Shown piece after piece: positions 21,128 through 30,870 of a DNA stretch of 64,000 bases. The position numbers were made by a program, and so were the translations under genes. The notes under the pieces were generated by a model. It made no database searches. It worked only from the letters and a program-made list of their open reading frames with translations, and was not told the origin of the DNA. The DNA comes from Candidatus Krumholzibacteriales bacterium (GTDB taxonomy: Bacteria; Krumholzibacteriota; Krumholzibacteriia; Krumholzibacteriales; WJIX01). Where the stretch lies: NCBI GenBank assembly GCA_046483305.1, contig JAWODM010000043.1, forward strand, positions 1 through 64,000. The letters run 5' to 3'. How positions within the stretch are numbered: position 1 is the first letter of the stretch; the number at the start of each line of letters is the position of its first letter.

Positions 21128-21225
21128 ATGGTTTTATATTACTGTTTCCTGTAAATTAATCAATCCGAAATTAAAATAGAAGGCAAGTGTGGAAACCTGG
21201 CCCAGCCTGTCTTTCTTCCCTGATT

Positions 21226-21450
21226 CTACATCAAGTCTTTTTTTCGTTGCTCAAACTCTTCCTTATCAATTTCGCCCCTGGCATATCGCTCTTTCAGAAT
21301 GTCCAGCGGGGATTTCTCAGAAGATTGATTAACTCCTTTGTTTTGATTAACTGACCATACCACTAACCAGATAATAAGGCCCAGGACAATGAGGCTAATA
21401 ATCCAGCCCCAGCCCATGCCCCATCCGTGCATTCCAAAACCATCCAACAT
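21226..21450 (-). CDS. SHOCT-domain membrane protein
   Basis: TM helix plus [18 protein letters not shown]. Confidence 0.85.
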   Translation of the reverse strand: MLDGFGMHGWGMGWGWIISLIVLGLIIWLVVWSVNQNKGVNQSSEKSPLDILKERYARGEIDKEEFEQRKKDLM

Positions 21451-21468
21451 AAATCAGCTCCTTTCTTT

Positions 21469-22077
21469 TCATTGATTAATTATCTTAATAAGTTTAACAA
21501 TATCGTACCATAGATATCTGACGTTGATATAATCAGGCTCAAACCCGGCCTTTAGTATATTTTCATAAGTCCTCCTGTTGATATTTGCCCCGTATATGTA
21601 TAATGGTATTGGGTTGAGTAGATCCATTATTTTCCCGACTGCTTTATGATTGCTCCTTACGTGTTCCAGCATCAGTATCTTCCCATTCAGTTTGCATACG
21701 CGTTTCATCTCTTTCAGGCCTTGTACAGGATCCGGCACAGAACAATACACCCAGGAAGTGACTATCGTATCAAATGCGTTGTCTTCAAAATCCATATTTT
21801 CGGCGTTCATAACCCTTAGCTGCACGTTGTTTTTGTCTTTTGCCTTTTTACCTGCGATTTCAATCATTTTTTCACTGAAATCTATCCCGGTCAGCTCCAC
21901 ATCCCGCGGATAATAAGGGATGTTTTTCCCCGTACCTATCCCAACTTCCAGAGTTTTGTCCCCGGCTTCTTTCAGTAATTCCTCTCTCCATTTTGAAAAC
22001 CTCATTTCCATAGGCGATTCAAGGATATCGTAGACCCGTGCAATCCTGTTATACCGTTTTTGAATTTTATTCTTCAT
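21469..22077 (-). CDS. Class I SAM-dependent methyltransferase
   Basis: LEVGIGTG, GIDFS, FD..V, LEHV motifs. Confidence 0.9.
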   Translation of the reverse strand: MKNKIQKRYNRIARVYDILESPMEMRFSKWREELLKEAGDKTLEVGIGTGKNIPYYPRDVELTGIDFSEKMIEIAGKKAKDKNNVQLRVMNAENMDFEDNAFDTIVTSWVYCSVPDPVQGLKEMKRVCKLNGKILMLEHVRSNHKAVGKIMDLLNPIPLYIYGANINRRTYENILKAGFEPDYINVRYLWYDIVKLIKIINQ

Positions 22078-22084
22078 GTATCGC

Positions 22085-23683
22085 CTATTTCTCTATCACC
22101 TCATAATTACGCATCATGCCCATGTCTTCATGTTCCAGGTTATGGCAATGGTAAATGTATTTGCCCGTATAATCCTCAAACCTCATAATGATCCGTACTT
22201 TCATCCCCGGCATAAGCAAGTAGGTATCCTGCCACCCTTCATCCACAAAACCGTCTTTTACCGTTTGCCATGCAACAGCGTCTACTTCTGACACATCGCG
22301 GCCGATGATCTGAAACTGTAAGCCGTGGATGTGAACCGGGTGCGGCATTTGCATCATATTGCCCATCCTGCCCATACCACCCCCTTCACCTCCATTGATA
22401 AACTCCCAGATTTCGGTCGTATTCAGTTTTACTGTTTCCCAACCGGCTACTTCGTTCATTTCAAAAGTCTTGCCATTAATGACCCATTCCATCCTTTCGA
22501 AGGCAAAGTGAAATCTTCGCGGATCCTCCGCATTCACAGCATCTTTCGTATTAATTTTTTCAATCTTTGAAAGACTGGCAGGCAGTTGCTTTTGCGGACC
22601 TTCCTTATCGGTTACCTTACAAGTGAATAACTCCATTTCAGCCCCATTTTCAACTCTCCTGGCAGATTGCCCCCTGTCGCCCATCATACCTCCCATACCC
22701 ATTGTAGTCCCAGGATCAAAGGAAAGACTCTTCAACAATACGTCATCATCAGTCTGGTAGCTGGAAAAATCTTTCCAGATATCAATTCTTTCGCCGGGAG
22801 CCAGCATAATATAGGGCTTTTCTGCAGGCTCCTCTAATAATCCCCCACCGGTTCCTATGGCTATAATATCACTGCCATCGTTCCAGGCTAATTTGTATAT
22901 CCGTGAATTTGAACCATTGAGAATGCGAAAGCGATAGGCTGTCTTTTTTACTTCCGTTTGCCGGTCCGCTTTCCCGTTAACAAACATCCTGTTTCCAAGA
23001 AATCCACGCATCCGGGCCATCCGGTTATTCCCAAGATAAACAAGCTGGTTGTCCGAATCAAAAGTCCTGTCCTGAAGAATCAATGCTCTGTCAAATTCTC
23101 CTGATGGCAGCTCCGGATTATCTTCTTCAACCAGGAACATGCCTGCAAGTCCATAATATACCTGTGGCCCGGTAATTTGATGCGGATGCGGGTGAAACCA
23201 GTATGTTCCCCGCCTGTTGTTCACCTGAAATTCGTAAACATACTGTTCGCCTTCATCTATTGCATACCTTGGATGTCCGTCCATTTCAGGGGAGATATGC
23301 AAACCATGCCAGTGGATGATGCTTTCACGCGGCAACTGATTCTTGAATCTCACTCGTATCTTCTGTCCCTGTTTTACATGGATAATGGGCCCAAGGTAAG
23401 TATCATTTAATTTTTCAAGAGCGGTGTCATCTCCTTTCAATAATTTTGATTGATAGGTATAGACTTCTGTTTTTGCTCCGGGCAGGAGTTGTATGTTATC
23501 TTTAGCAGCAGTAAGTTCTATATCTATATCCGCTTCAAAATCACTGGATATTTTTTTGTTTACACTTGATGAATTTTGCTGTCTATCGAAATTACACAGC
23601 ACGATCAGAAAAGTGAAAATCGAAAGTGCAGCAATCCGGATATTTGAATTTTTTTTATTTCCATTCTTTTTCATGACAATCAT
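22085..23683 (-). CDS. Multicopper oxidase (CueO/bilirubin oxidase-like)
   Basis: HWHG, WFHPH, HPVHIHG and HCHNLEHED motifs. Confidence 0.92.
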   Translation of the reverse strand: MIVMKKNGNKKNSNIRIAALSIFTFLIVLCNFDRQQNSSSVNKKISSDFEADIDIELTAAKDNIQLLPGAKTEVYTYQSKLLKGDDTALEKLNDTYLGPIIHVKQGQKIRVRFKNQLPRESIIHWHGLHISPEMDGHPRYAIDEGEQYVYEFQVNNRRGTYWFHPHPHQITGPQVYYGLAGMFLVEEDNPELPSGEFDRALILQDRTFDSDNQLVYLGNNRMARMRGFLGNRMFVNGKADRQTEVKKTAYRFRILNGSNSRIYKLAWNDGSDIIAIGTGGGLLEEPAEKPYIMLAPGERIDIWKDFSSYQTDDDVLLKSLSFDPGTTMGMGGMMGDRGQSARRVENGAEMELFTCKVTDKEGPQKQLPASLSKIEKINTKDAVNAEDPRRFHFAFERMEWVINGKTFEMNEVAGWETVKLNTTEIWEFINGGEGGGMGRMGNMMQMPHPVHIHGLQFQIIGRDVSEVDAVAWQTVKDGFVDEGWQDTYLLMPGMKVRIIMRFEDYTGKYIYHCHNLEHEDMGMMRNYEVIEK

Positions 23684-23740
23684 ATAAATAGTGTTCTAAA
23701 TAGGAACATTATATTTTACATGAACGTTTATATCAGCTCT

Positions 23741-24844
23741 TTACGCTTTTATCTTTTTCTCTTTCAAATACTGTCGTGTTCTTAATGCGGCTTTGGCTCC
23801 TTCACCGGCTGCAATAACAATTCTTTTCCCATAGTTATTTGTCACATCGCCACATGCGAAAACGCCCTCAGTACCCGTACTGCAGTCATTATTTATTACA
23901 ATCTCCCCTTTTTCGTTTAAATCCACAAGTTCCCTGCAAAACTCTGTATTCGGCAAAAAACCAACCTGGATAAAGACACCATCACACGGAATGTTTTCGG
24001 GAGGCCTGTTAATATCCTGTTCGGGTCTGACAGAGACTCCTTCAACCCTCTCTTTACCCCATATTTCCACTACATCATGTTCTTCTATTATACGGATATT
24101 CCGGCGTTGTTTGATTCTGTCAACATCCGTTTTGTCGGCAATCATTTTCCCCCTGGTCACAATAGTAACTTTACAGTGGTTATTCAATAACTCATTTGCA
24201 GTTTGTATTGATGAGTTTCCCCCGCCAATCACCACGATATCTTTTCCGTCCAGCAGGCTAATATCCTGAACAAGTTTATAGAAAATTCCTTTTCGCTGCA
24301 AACGTTCTTCCCCCTCAATACCCAGTTTTCTTTTCTTCATGCCAGTGGCAATAATTACTGCTTTTGAAAGAAAGGTTTCGTTTGACTTAGTGATTATTTT
24401 AAAACTATTGTTTTGCTTTTCGATGCGAATAACATCCAACAACTTATGAGCCAAATAATGGTTTTCAAGAAATTGCTCTTTGAATTTATCTACCAGCATT
24501 TTGCCTGAAATAAAATCAAAGCCCATATAATTTTTGATCTTTGTGCTGTCAATGGCCTGCCCCCCAATATCTTTTGCAATAAAAAAGGTATCAATCTTAG
24601 ATATGGAGGCATACACTGCAGCTGTCAAACCAGCCGGCCCTCCACCGATAATAATGAGATCGAAATTATGGTTTCCGAAGAAATTGCCGGGATTGCTTAT
24701 AAATTTCTGTAAGCAACCATCCGAGCAAAAGAAAAAGGTCTTTCCATTGTATTGAGAGTAGAATTTTGTAGTCTCCACATCCATGTTACAAACCGGACAT
24801 GTATCGGCTGAAAGTTTTTCTTCTTTTGTGTTGTTGGGAAACAT
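23741..24844 (-). CDS. YHS/TRASH domain fused to a thioredoxin-reductase-like flavoprotein
   Basis: CPVCNM...FFFCSDGC, then GGGPAGL, VIGGGNS and FACGDV. Confidence 0.85.
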   Translation of the reverse strand: MFPNNTKEEKLSADTCPVCNMDVETTKFYSQYNGKTFFFCSDGCLQKFISNPGNFFGNHNFDLIIIGGGPAGLTAAVYASISKIDTFFIAKDIGGQAIDSTKIKNYMGFDFISGKMLVDKFKEQFLENHYLAHKLLDVIRIEKQNNSFKIITKSNETFLSKAVIIATGMKKRKLGIEGEERLQRKGIFYKLVQDISLLDGKDIVVIGGGNSSIQTANELLNNHCKVTIVTRGKMIADKTDVDRIKQRRNIRIIEEHDVVEIWGKERVEGVSVRPEQDINRPPENIPCDGVFIQVGFLPNTEFCRELVDLNEKGEIVINNDCSTGTEGVFACGDVTNNYGKRIVIAAGEGAKAALRTRQYLKEKKIKA

Positions 24845-24866
24845 ATTTTTATCTCCATTATCTTTA

Positions 24867-25394
24867 TTAAAATTGATTAAATGCGGCCTGAGGGGCAAAA
24901 CCTAACGATTGGAGAACAACGGTTGTAACTGTCATAATTAAGAAAAAGAGTAAAACATAGAGTGCTAATCGACCAAGTTTAGTCATAGCAAAGCCCGAAC
25001 CAGCTACCAGTCCTCCAATTCCAGCTTCAACTGTTTGTCCAAGAAACCACCCTGCTAATAATTTAAAACCAGCAGTTGAAATTGATAGCAGCCCCAGACA
25101 CATCGCGCCCCACACGAATGCACCAACTTTCAAGCCGAATAACAATCCATCTTTCCATCCTGTAATATTTAATTGAATCATCAACCATACGATAAATACC
25201 TCAAATATTAAAAAACTGAGGTATCCCAGGGGAATGAGCAGAAATGCTTTGTCAGGGGGCAGTAAAAAAGAACTTGGCTGAAAATATAAACCGGCAAGAA
25301 TTCCCCCATGAAGTAAAAAATCAAAACCAATTATTGCTATCCATGCCAGAATTACGATGCCGACTACGCGCTGACTGGTTAGGTTTTGTTCCAT
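24867..25394 (-). CDS. Hypothetical membrane protein
   Basis: About 5 hydrophobic helices; lies in the same run as the copper genes. Confidence 0.7.
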   Translation of the reverse strand: MEQNLTSQRVVGIVILAWIAIIGFDFLLHGGILAGLYFQPSSFLLPPDKAFLLIPLGYLSFLIFEVFIVWLMIQLNITGWKDGLLFGLKVGAFVWGAMCLGLLSISTAGFKLLAGWFLGQTVEAGIGGLVAGSGFAMTKLGRLALYVLLFFLIMTVTTVVLQSLGFAPQAAFNQF

Positions 25395-25646
25395 AATAAT
25401 TATCCTGAATTTTATGACTCCTGTGAGCGCTCAAGTTTGAGGAAGAACCTCCTTTTGTTAACAAAGTGAATCACCGTCCCGAATTTAATATTAGGAAAAA
25501 TACGATGATTATTCAATGATTAATCATGGGTTTTAGCAGTCTTACGCGGGAACAGGTAATGTAAAGAACTGTGTGTAAAAAAGATGATGCATTCTAAGGA
25601 TTTCTTTCTTAAGCGGCCATTTTTAAGTAATCAGCTATGGGTTCTA

Positions 25647-26123
25647 TTATCTCTCTTCTGTTGTTATCCCACTTGCTGTTGCTGCAGCCTTTGCTATACC
25701 AGCAAGCGCCTTCTCAATTTTTGAAATCACTTCCCCGCAGTTGAAAATATTGTGTCTTTTTTTCAAATATCCTGGATCGTTATATGATATCCATGTATTA
25801 CCTTCACAATCATTCCAGATTAAAGCTTTTTGTGGTAGATCAATGGCAACGCTTTGCTGACACTTCATGAGAGGACTTCCTGCTTTGGGATTTCCAAAAA
25901 TTATCAGTTCTGTTTCTCGCAATTCTGTCCCTGCTTTATTAGCTGCTTCCGAGTGCTTAACTCTATTAAATATTGTCATGCCTTTCTCTTTAATAATATT
26001 TTCCAGTCTGTCTCCCGTTTCTTTCACCCCGAAAGAACTTTTAACGTCAACCATACCCTCGGCTCCGTATGCTGAAACTGCCATTATCAGTACCACCAGT
26101 ATAGCGGGTATTAATGTTTTCAT
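25647..26123 (-). CDS. DUF302 domain protein
   Basis: LIIFGNPKAG.PLM....AIDLP.K motif after a signal peptide. Confidence 0.85.
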   Translation of the reverse strand: MKTLIPAILVVLIMAVSAYGAEGMVDVKSSFGVKETGDRLENIIKEKGMTIFNRVKHSEAANKAGTELRETELIIFGNPKAGSPLMKCQQSVAIDLPQKALIWNDCEGNTWISYNDPGYLKKRHNIFNCGEVISKIEKALAGIAKAAATASGITTEER

Positions 26124-26277
26124 TTTATTCTCCTTTCTGTTTCGGCGTAACATTTTGGCTCATTCGCAAAACCGCCACACCGGAACTGAAACAATGCTCC
26201 TTATAGTAATTTTCCCAAAGAAATCGATTTGGAACAAGGCGGTTTTGTCAAGTGAAGTCAATTAAACGCGTAGGATA

Positions 26278-26940
26278 TTATCGGCCCCTCTTGTCGATCG
26301 CCTCTTTACATAATCGGAGGTTCTCACGTGCCAATTCATCCGATGGATCCATCTCCACCGATCTGCTCAGCATCTTACCCGCTTCATCCAAACGACCAAC
26401 CTCGAAAAGACTCCAACCAAAATCATTCACACATTTCTGATTTTCCGGATCAAGCTTATATGCTTTCTCGGCTGCCTCAAGGGCCTCGTCCAGGAAACCT
26501 TCATGGCTGGCACAACAACTAATCCCCAAATAACAGGTTGCTCGATTTGGAAATCGATCCAACGCTGCCCTAAACAGTTCAAGACCATCAAGGTAGTAGC
26601 CCGACTGAATCAGAAAATCACCAGCCTCCTCGATAATGTCTGCAAGCTCGACTTCACCGCCATCGGCTGCTCTCGGTAAAAGTGACAGAAGCGAAAGAAA
26701 AAGCTTCTTACCTCGAACAAAGTTCTGCCGCTGATATTCGATAGAGCCCATGGTCATAATCGCTGGCGCATATTCCGAATCGATGTTGAGTGCATATTCC
26801 AGGGAGTGAATCGCCGCATCAATGTCACCAACTGAATACTGAAAAATACTCTCCGCATACAGTGCCTGAGCTGAAAATCGCCTCTCTTCGAAAGTCATCT
26901 CAACATTATTTTGATTATCATTGTCTGAAGTATTGCCCAT
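26278..26940 (-). CDS. Cassette gene: TPR protein
   Basis: TPR patterns; cassette starts GTTAAACGC and ends GCGTTTAAT (26261-26269), rest of the attC lost. Confidence 0.75.
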   Translation of the reverse strand: MGNTSDNDNQNNVEMTFEERRFSAQALYAESIFQYSVGDIDAAIHSLEYALNIDSEYAPAIMTMGSIEYQRQNFVRGKKLFLSLLSLLPRAADGGEVELADIIEEAGDFLIQSGYYLDGLELFRAALDRFPNRATCYLGISCCASHEGFLDEALEAAEKAYKLDPENQKCVNDFGWSLFEVGRLDEAGKMLSRSVEMDPSDELARENLRLCKEAIDKRGR

Positions 26941-27015
26941 TCAACTTCTCTCTACTTCAATTACTCGTATATTACATTAGATAAAATTCTTTGCCTGTCA
27001 CATCATCTTTTAAGC

Positions 27016-27148
27016 GTTTAACAGGGCTGCGGATCAGCGGCGGGAGAAGGCGCTAGCTTGCTCGCAGGCCTTACCGTCCGCTGCAGACGCTGATGTCCGC
27101 CGCTTCGCGTCGGCCATCAGGCGGATGGAAATCCACAGCTCGTTAGAT
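27016..27148 (-). repeat. Composite attC-like module Y-Z(inverted)-W
   Basis: ATCTAAC...GTTAAAC on -; Z at 27092-27118 is in opposite orientation relative to its flanks. Confidence 0.85.
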
Positions 27149-27156
27149 AGTCTTTT

Positions 27157-27717
27157 TCATTCTTGGCCCTCCGAAGATGATGGACAACATCCAGAACTTT
27201 TCTTTGGCGATTCCGCAGGTGGACAACATGAGCCACGGGGTTCGCTGTGAAGCAGTTGAGCACTCGCCAGCAGTCCTGCTTTGACGATCAATTCTGCAGG
27301 AATGGCTTCATAAGTCTTGCCGTCAACCGTCACAGTTCGGCAATCCGAGTCTCCGCAAGAAGAACAACACTTACTCTGGCCAGTTGTGGCCGAGAGCCAA
27401 TTCTCGAACGGCTCTCCCGCTATCCAAACACGATTCGACTCAAGCGGGTCCTTGAGGAATGTAGAGGGACTGAGTGTCTTCTTCTCAAGAACGACATCTA
27501 TATCCAGTTCATTCAGGGAACGCTTGAGTTTCTGGGCTGCTTCCTCCACAGCCGTTTCGGTTGTGCCACAGCGGTCACATGTTTGTCCGCGTTCGTCCAC
27601 GAGGCGCTGCCAAAGAATGTTTAATTTCTTCATATCCTTCCTTCCTTGATTTTTTGAGAGTGTTGCGCAACCGGTCACAAGTCCGATGCAAACGATCAAT
27701 CCGATGAGTTGTTTCAT
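27157..27717 (-). CDS. Cassette gene: DUF2703-like Cys-rich protein
   Basis: W.RLV...G.TC.RC..T, ESNR.WI.G, CRT...G..YE.IP; boundaries GTTAGAT/ATCTAAC. Confidence 0.75.
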   Translation of the reverse strand: MKQLIGLIVCIGLVTGCATLSKNQGRKDMKKLNILWQRLVDERGQTCDRCGTTETAVEEAAQKLKRSLNELDIDVVLEKKTLSPSTFLKDPLESNRVWIAGEPFENWLSATTGQSKCCSSCGDSDCRTVTVDGKTYEAIPAELIVKAGLLASAQLLHSEPRGSCCPPAESPKKSSGCCPSSSEGQE

Positions 27718-27727
27718 CTTTCCTCCC

Positions 27728-27821
27728 ATCTAACGGTTTGGCGCTCAGCCCCGGGCCTGATAACTGTTTCTAATCAATCTCAGAGATCGATGGCCCGCCG
27801 GCGCGAAGCGGCGTGTCAGAC
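27728..27821 (-). other. Degenerate attC-like site containing a Z-like hairpin
   Basis: GTCTGAC..cgccgcttcgcgccggc..gggcc/ggccc..GTTAGAT on -. Confidence 0.55.
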
Positions 27822-27823
27822 TC

Positions 27824-28090
27824 TTACTTATTCCCCTGTGATTTCAATTCCTGATCTATTCTTTCTGCCAGAAATATCTTCAACAACGATTGATATGGAA
27901 TATCCCTTTTATTCGCCAGAAGTTTAAGCTCAGCCAGCATGAGTTCAGGTAACCTGAGCGATATCTTCTTTCGCGAAGGCTTGAGTTTCGGAAGGACAAC
28001 TCTCCCGGCTTTATCCCATTCAATGTATTCTGTAGAATCCTCTTTTGCCCAGAATTTCCGTTCCTCTTCTTCAGTTTTAAATTCAGGCAT
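27824..28090 (-). CDS. BrnA/CopG-type antitoxin
   Basis: P.FKTEEEER.FW...DST.Y and ISLRLP.....LK..A....IPYQSL. Confidence 0.85.
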   Translation of the reverse strand: MPEFKTEEEERKFWAKEDSTEYIEWDKAGRVVLPKLKPSRKKISLRLPELMLAELKLLANKRDIPYQSLLKIFLAERIDQELKSQGNK

Positions 28091-28185
28091 CTTCTTCTTT
28101 TTAATAACTTATCAAAGACCTTCCGTTCATTCTCACTTATATTTCTTGCCGAAATAACTCTGATCTTTCTTCGAGTGCTTCTCAT
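28083..28185 (-). pseudogene. C-terminal remnant of a BrnT-type toxin
   Basis: R..KIRVISAR.....ER motif only; N-terminal part missing. Confidence 0.6.
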
Positions 28186-28229
28186 CTATGTCTGATATCA
28201 AGAGGCTATTAAAAAAGACCTGTTAGACA

Positions 28230-28640
28230 TTAATTGTTCGCTTTCCCCTTTATTATTTCCCAAAATGAGCGTGGATTGATGATATCAATATCTTTATACT
28301 TCTTCAAGGACAATAAGGCTTTGTCTCCAGTGATTATATAGGATGAACCGGAAGCCGCGCCCACTCCCAGGACCGGCAGGTCCGACTCATCCTCAAAAAT
28401 TCCATTTTCAACAGGAACAGGCTTCTCAACTAATGTGCTTTCTCTAAGATAAGATTCTATCTCTGTAATCAGTGATTCCGGTACCTTTATCTTCTTTCGA
28501 AGATTCCTCTTCACTTCATCTATGATCTCCTCGCACAGTATTATCTCATGACCCTCAAGACAAAATTCAAAAAGAGCATGACAGAGACCACGAGCCGCAA
28601 ACGCCGCTATGATGACGTTCGAATCAAGCACCAGTCTCAT
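28230..28640 (-). CDS. PIN-domain toxin (VapC-like)
   Basis: MRLVLDSNV...D..D..VL..A....YIITGDK.LL. Confidence 0.9.
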   Translation of the reverse strand: MRLVLDSNVIIAAFAARGLCHALFEFCLEGHEIILCEEIIDEVKRNLRKKIKVPESLITEIESYLRESTLVEKPVPVENGIFEDESDLPVLGVGAASGSSYIITGDKALLSLKKYKDIDIINPRSFWEIIKGKANN

Positions 28641-28855
28641 TTCAGGTCCTTGAATATGTCTTCATCGGTGAGAAGCCCCTGGGCTTCGGCGAAAGGCAGG
28701 ACCTGGCTGCGGAGTTTTCTGAACCTGTAAACTGAAACGTACTTTCGGATGGATTCTCTAACTACATCACTGACCGGTTTGTTTTCGCTTTTGCTTATTC
28801 CTTCGAGAATCTTTCTAAGATCATCTGGTATTCTGACTGTAATTGGTCGATCCAT
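28637..28855 (-). CDS. Ribbon-helix-helix antitoxin
   Basis: ITVRIPDDL...L......SDVVRESI; ATGA overlap with the toxin. Confidence 0.85.
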   Translation of the reverse strand: MDRPITVRIPDDLRKILEGISKSENKPVSDVVRESIRKYVSVYRFRKLRSQVLPFAEAQGLLTDEDIFKDLK

Positions 28856-28866
28856 AATGTATCTCC

Positions 28867-28902
28867 TGTATTACATTATAATACATCAAGTGGTTTTGTC
28901 AA
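28867..28902 (-). promoter_or_regulatory. TA promoter with palindromic operator
   Basis: TTGACA-16-TATAAT on -; TGTATTA-N5-TAATACA at 28867-28885. Confidence 0.65.
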
Positions 28903-28927
28903 GGTTTTAAGCAAACAATTTAATTAT

Positions 28928-29130
28928 GCCTAACGGCCCCGGTTCACCGGCATCCTGTGATGAACACTTGACAATTTACTCCGATAATGAATAGTGCCCG
29001 TACCGTCGAAACACCTGCCAAAATTGACCTTTCCCGACCCGGCCCCTGAAAACGCGACTTGCGTTCAATTGCTGGGTGAACCAATGTAAAAGCACGCGGC
29101 TAGTGCTGGCCGGCGCAACGGAGGTTAGGG
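28928..29130 (-). other. Long degenerate attC-like site
   Basis: ggttcacc/ggtgaacc arms ending GTTAGGC on -; GTTAGGCAT pairs with ATGTCTAAC closing the TA cassette. Confidence 0.55.
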
Positions 29131-29149
29131 ATATATTGGTTACGCTCTC

Positions 29150-30073
29150 TTATTTCAATGCGGTTTCCGGAACCCGCAGACTAAATATCTCCGCACTTTC
29201 ATACCACGGACTTCCCTGAAACCATCGATACCGGGTAAAAAAGAGATGTGTACCCCTGGGATGCCACCAGGGCTGTCGATCTCCCTCCGAGGCGTCATCC
29301 AAGAGTCGAACGCGCCCGCTGCCATCCGCGCGCATGACAAACAGGCGAACCGCTCCCGCACTTTCGGCAGCATAGGCAATATGCCGGCCATCTGGAGACC
29401 ACGCGGGCCAGCCATCCACGCCGGCATGGTCTGATAAATTTCGCATGTGGGTGCCATCGGTATCCATCACCACCACTTCCCAATCGCCATTCGGTTGAAT
29501 TTGTCGACAGACAATCTGAGATTGATCCGGCGACCATGAGGCATACGTCTCCACCGTTGGGGTCGTGGTAATACGTGTCACCATAGTCCCATCCACCGTC
29601 ATGCGATAAATATCCATGTTCGTGGAATCACCGGCTGCCATGGCATCTCGATTTGAGCAGAAGAGCAATTGCCGGCCATCCGCGGACCAAAACGGGTGTT
29701 CTTCATGGGCGTTGTTCTGCGAAAGATTCCGTTGGTGGGCTCCCGTGGCATCCATCACATAGATTTGAGACGGCCCCTCCCGAAAGGACTGAAACGCTAT
29801 TCGGGTGCCATCAGGGGACCAGACAGGAGTCCCATCCCGGCCGGGCGCATCGGTTAATTGCTTCACCCGGCGTTCTCCCAACCACGAGACGTAAATATCA
29901 AAATCCCCATCGGCATTGGACATGTAGGCCAGACGATCTCCAGAAGGCGATATCGCGGGATAGGCCTTCGTAAATCGGGTGATCTGTTCCAGTGTAGGAT
30001 TCGACGGTTGCGCATGAAGCACGCCCCCAACCAAACAGGCGATTATTGCGAGCAAATACATTCTGTTCAGCAT
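29150..30073 (-). CDS. TolB-like (PD40) beta-propeller protein
   Basis: Signal peptide and repeated P.WSPDG..IA motifs. Confidence 0.85.
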   Translation of the reverse strand: MLNRMYLLAIIACLVGGVLHAQPSNPTLEQITRFTKAYPAISPSGDRLAYMSNADGDFDIYVSWLGERRVKQLTDAPGRDGTPVWSPDGTRIAFQSFREGPSQIYVMDATGAHQRNLSQNNAHEEHPFWSADGRQLLFCSNRDAMAAGDSTNMDIYRMTVDGTMVTRITTTPTVETYASWSPDQSQIVCRQIQPNGDWEVVVMDTDGTHMRNLSDHAGVDGWPAWSPDGRHIAYAAESAGAVRLFVMRADGSGRVRLLDDASEGDRQPWWHPRGTHLFFTRYRWFQGSPWYESAEIFSLRVPETALK

Positions 30074-30144
30074 ATGATAATTCCTTTCGTTAAGTGATTC
30101 AGTTCAATGGAATGTGCACTGTTGGGTCGGCTGCATTTGCCTTG

Positions 30145-30849
30145 TTAGAGCTTCTTGTCGCTGTCATTCTCAAATTCGTCCATTGAACTCGGAGGAGGCA
30201 ACAAACCAAGAAACCGTGCAAACACGACTAAGGTCATAAAGAGTCCGATGATTGCCTGAATGGTAAAAACCGCTAGACCAACATCAGATTCCGCGGCATA
30301 CATATCAGTCGAAAAGGAAAACATCAAAACCATACTTTCATGGAAAACCCGCAATAATGTTGGCTCGGCACTTCCGGGAGGTAATGAGATATGCCCGCTC
30401 CTATAGAACCACATATAGGCAACACCGAACCAGCATACAATTTCCATATAGTTGTGCAACAATAACAATACTAGTCGTCTATAACCTCGAAGAGCATATT
30501 CTTGACCTTTAAGCTTTGACCTATATTCATCAAATAGCAGTACATTTATCTGATATATTATTATTTCAAAGGTTCTAATGAATCCATAAATCATGACGAT
30601 CAACAGAAGAATATTTACTGCATATTCCCTTCTGTATGTAACTATAATCAGTGCTAAAACAGAGAATACGGTATTAAATACGACGTAGTATTCGACAAAT
30701 GTGTATGTTTTGGCGTTGGAAGGGAGAATCTTTCTAATTGCCGCAAATATTGATAAATAGCTTAGAAAGCCAAAAACTCTTGACCAGAACTGAACGATCC
30801 AGGACTTTGGAGTCTTATCGTCCTCATTCTTTCGATTTTTTTTACTCAC
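30145..30849 (-). CDS. Cassette gene: membrane protein with channel-like TM-pore-TM end
   Basis: About 5 TM segments; perfect cassette ends GTTAGAGC/GCTCTAAC; only the left half of its attC remains (30121-30150). Confidence 0.7.
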   Translation of the reverse strand: MSKKNRKNEDDKTPKSWIVQFWSRVFGFLSYLSIFAAIRKILPSNAKTYTFVEYYVVFNTVFSVLALIIVTYRREYAVNILLLIVMIYGFIRTFEIIIYQINVLLFDEYRSKLKGQEYALRGYRRLVLLLLHNYMEIVCWFGVAYMWFYRSGHISLPPGSAEPTLLRVFHESMVLMFSFSTDMYAAESDVGLAVFTIQAIIGLFMTLVVFARFLGLLPPPSSMDEFENDSDKKL

Positions 30850-30870
30850 TACAAGTATCCCCCCCTTGCG

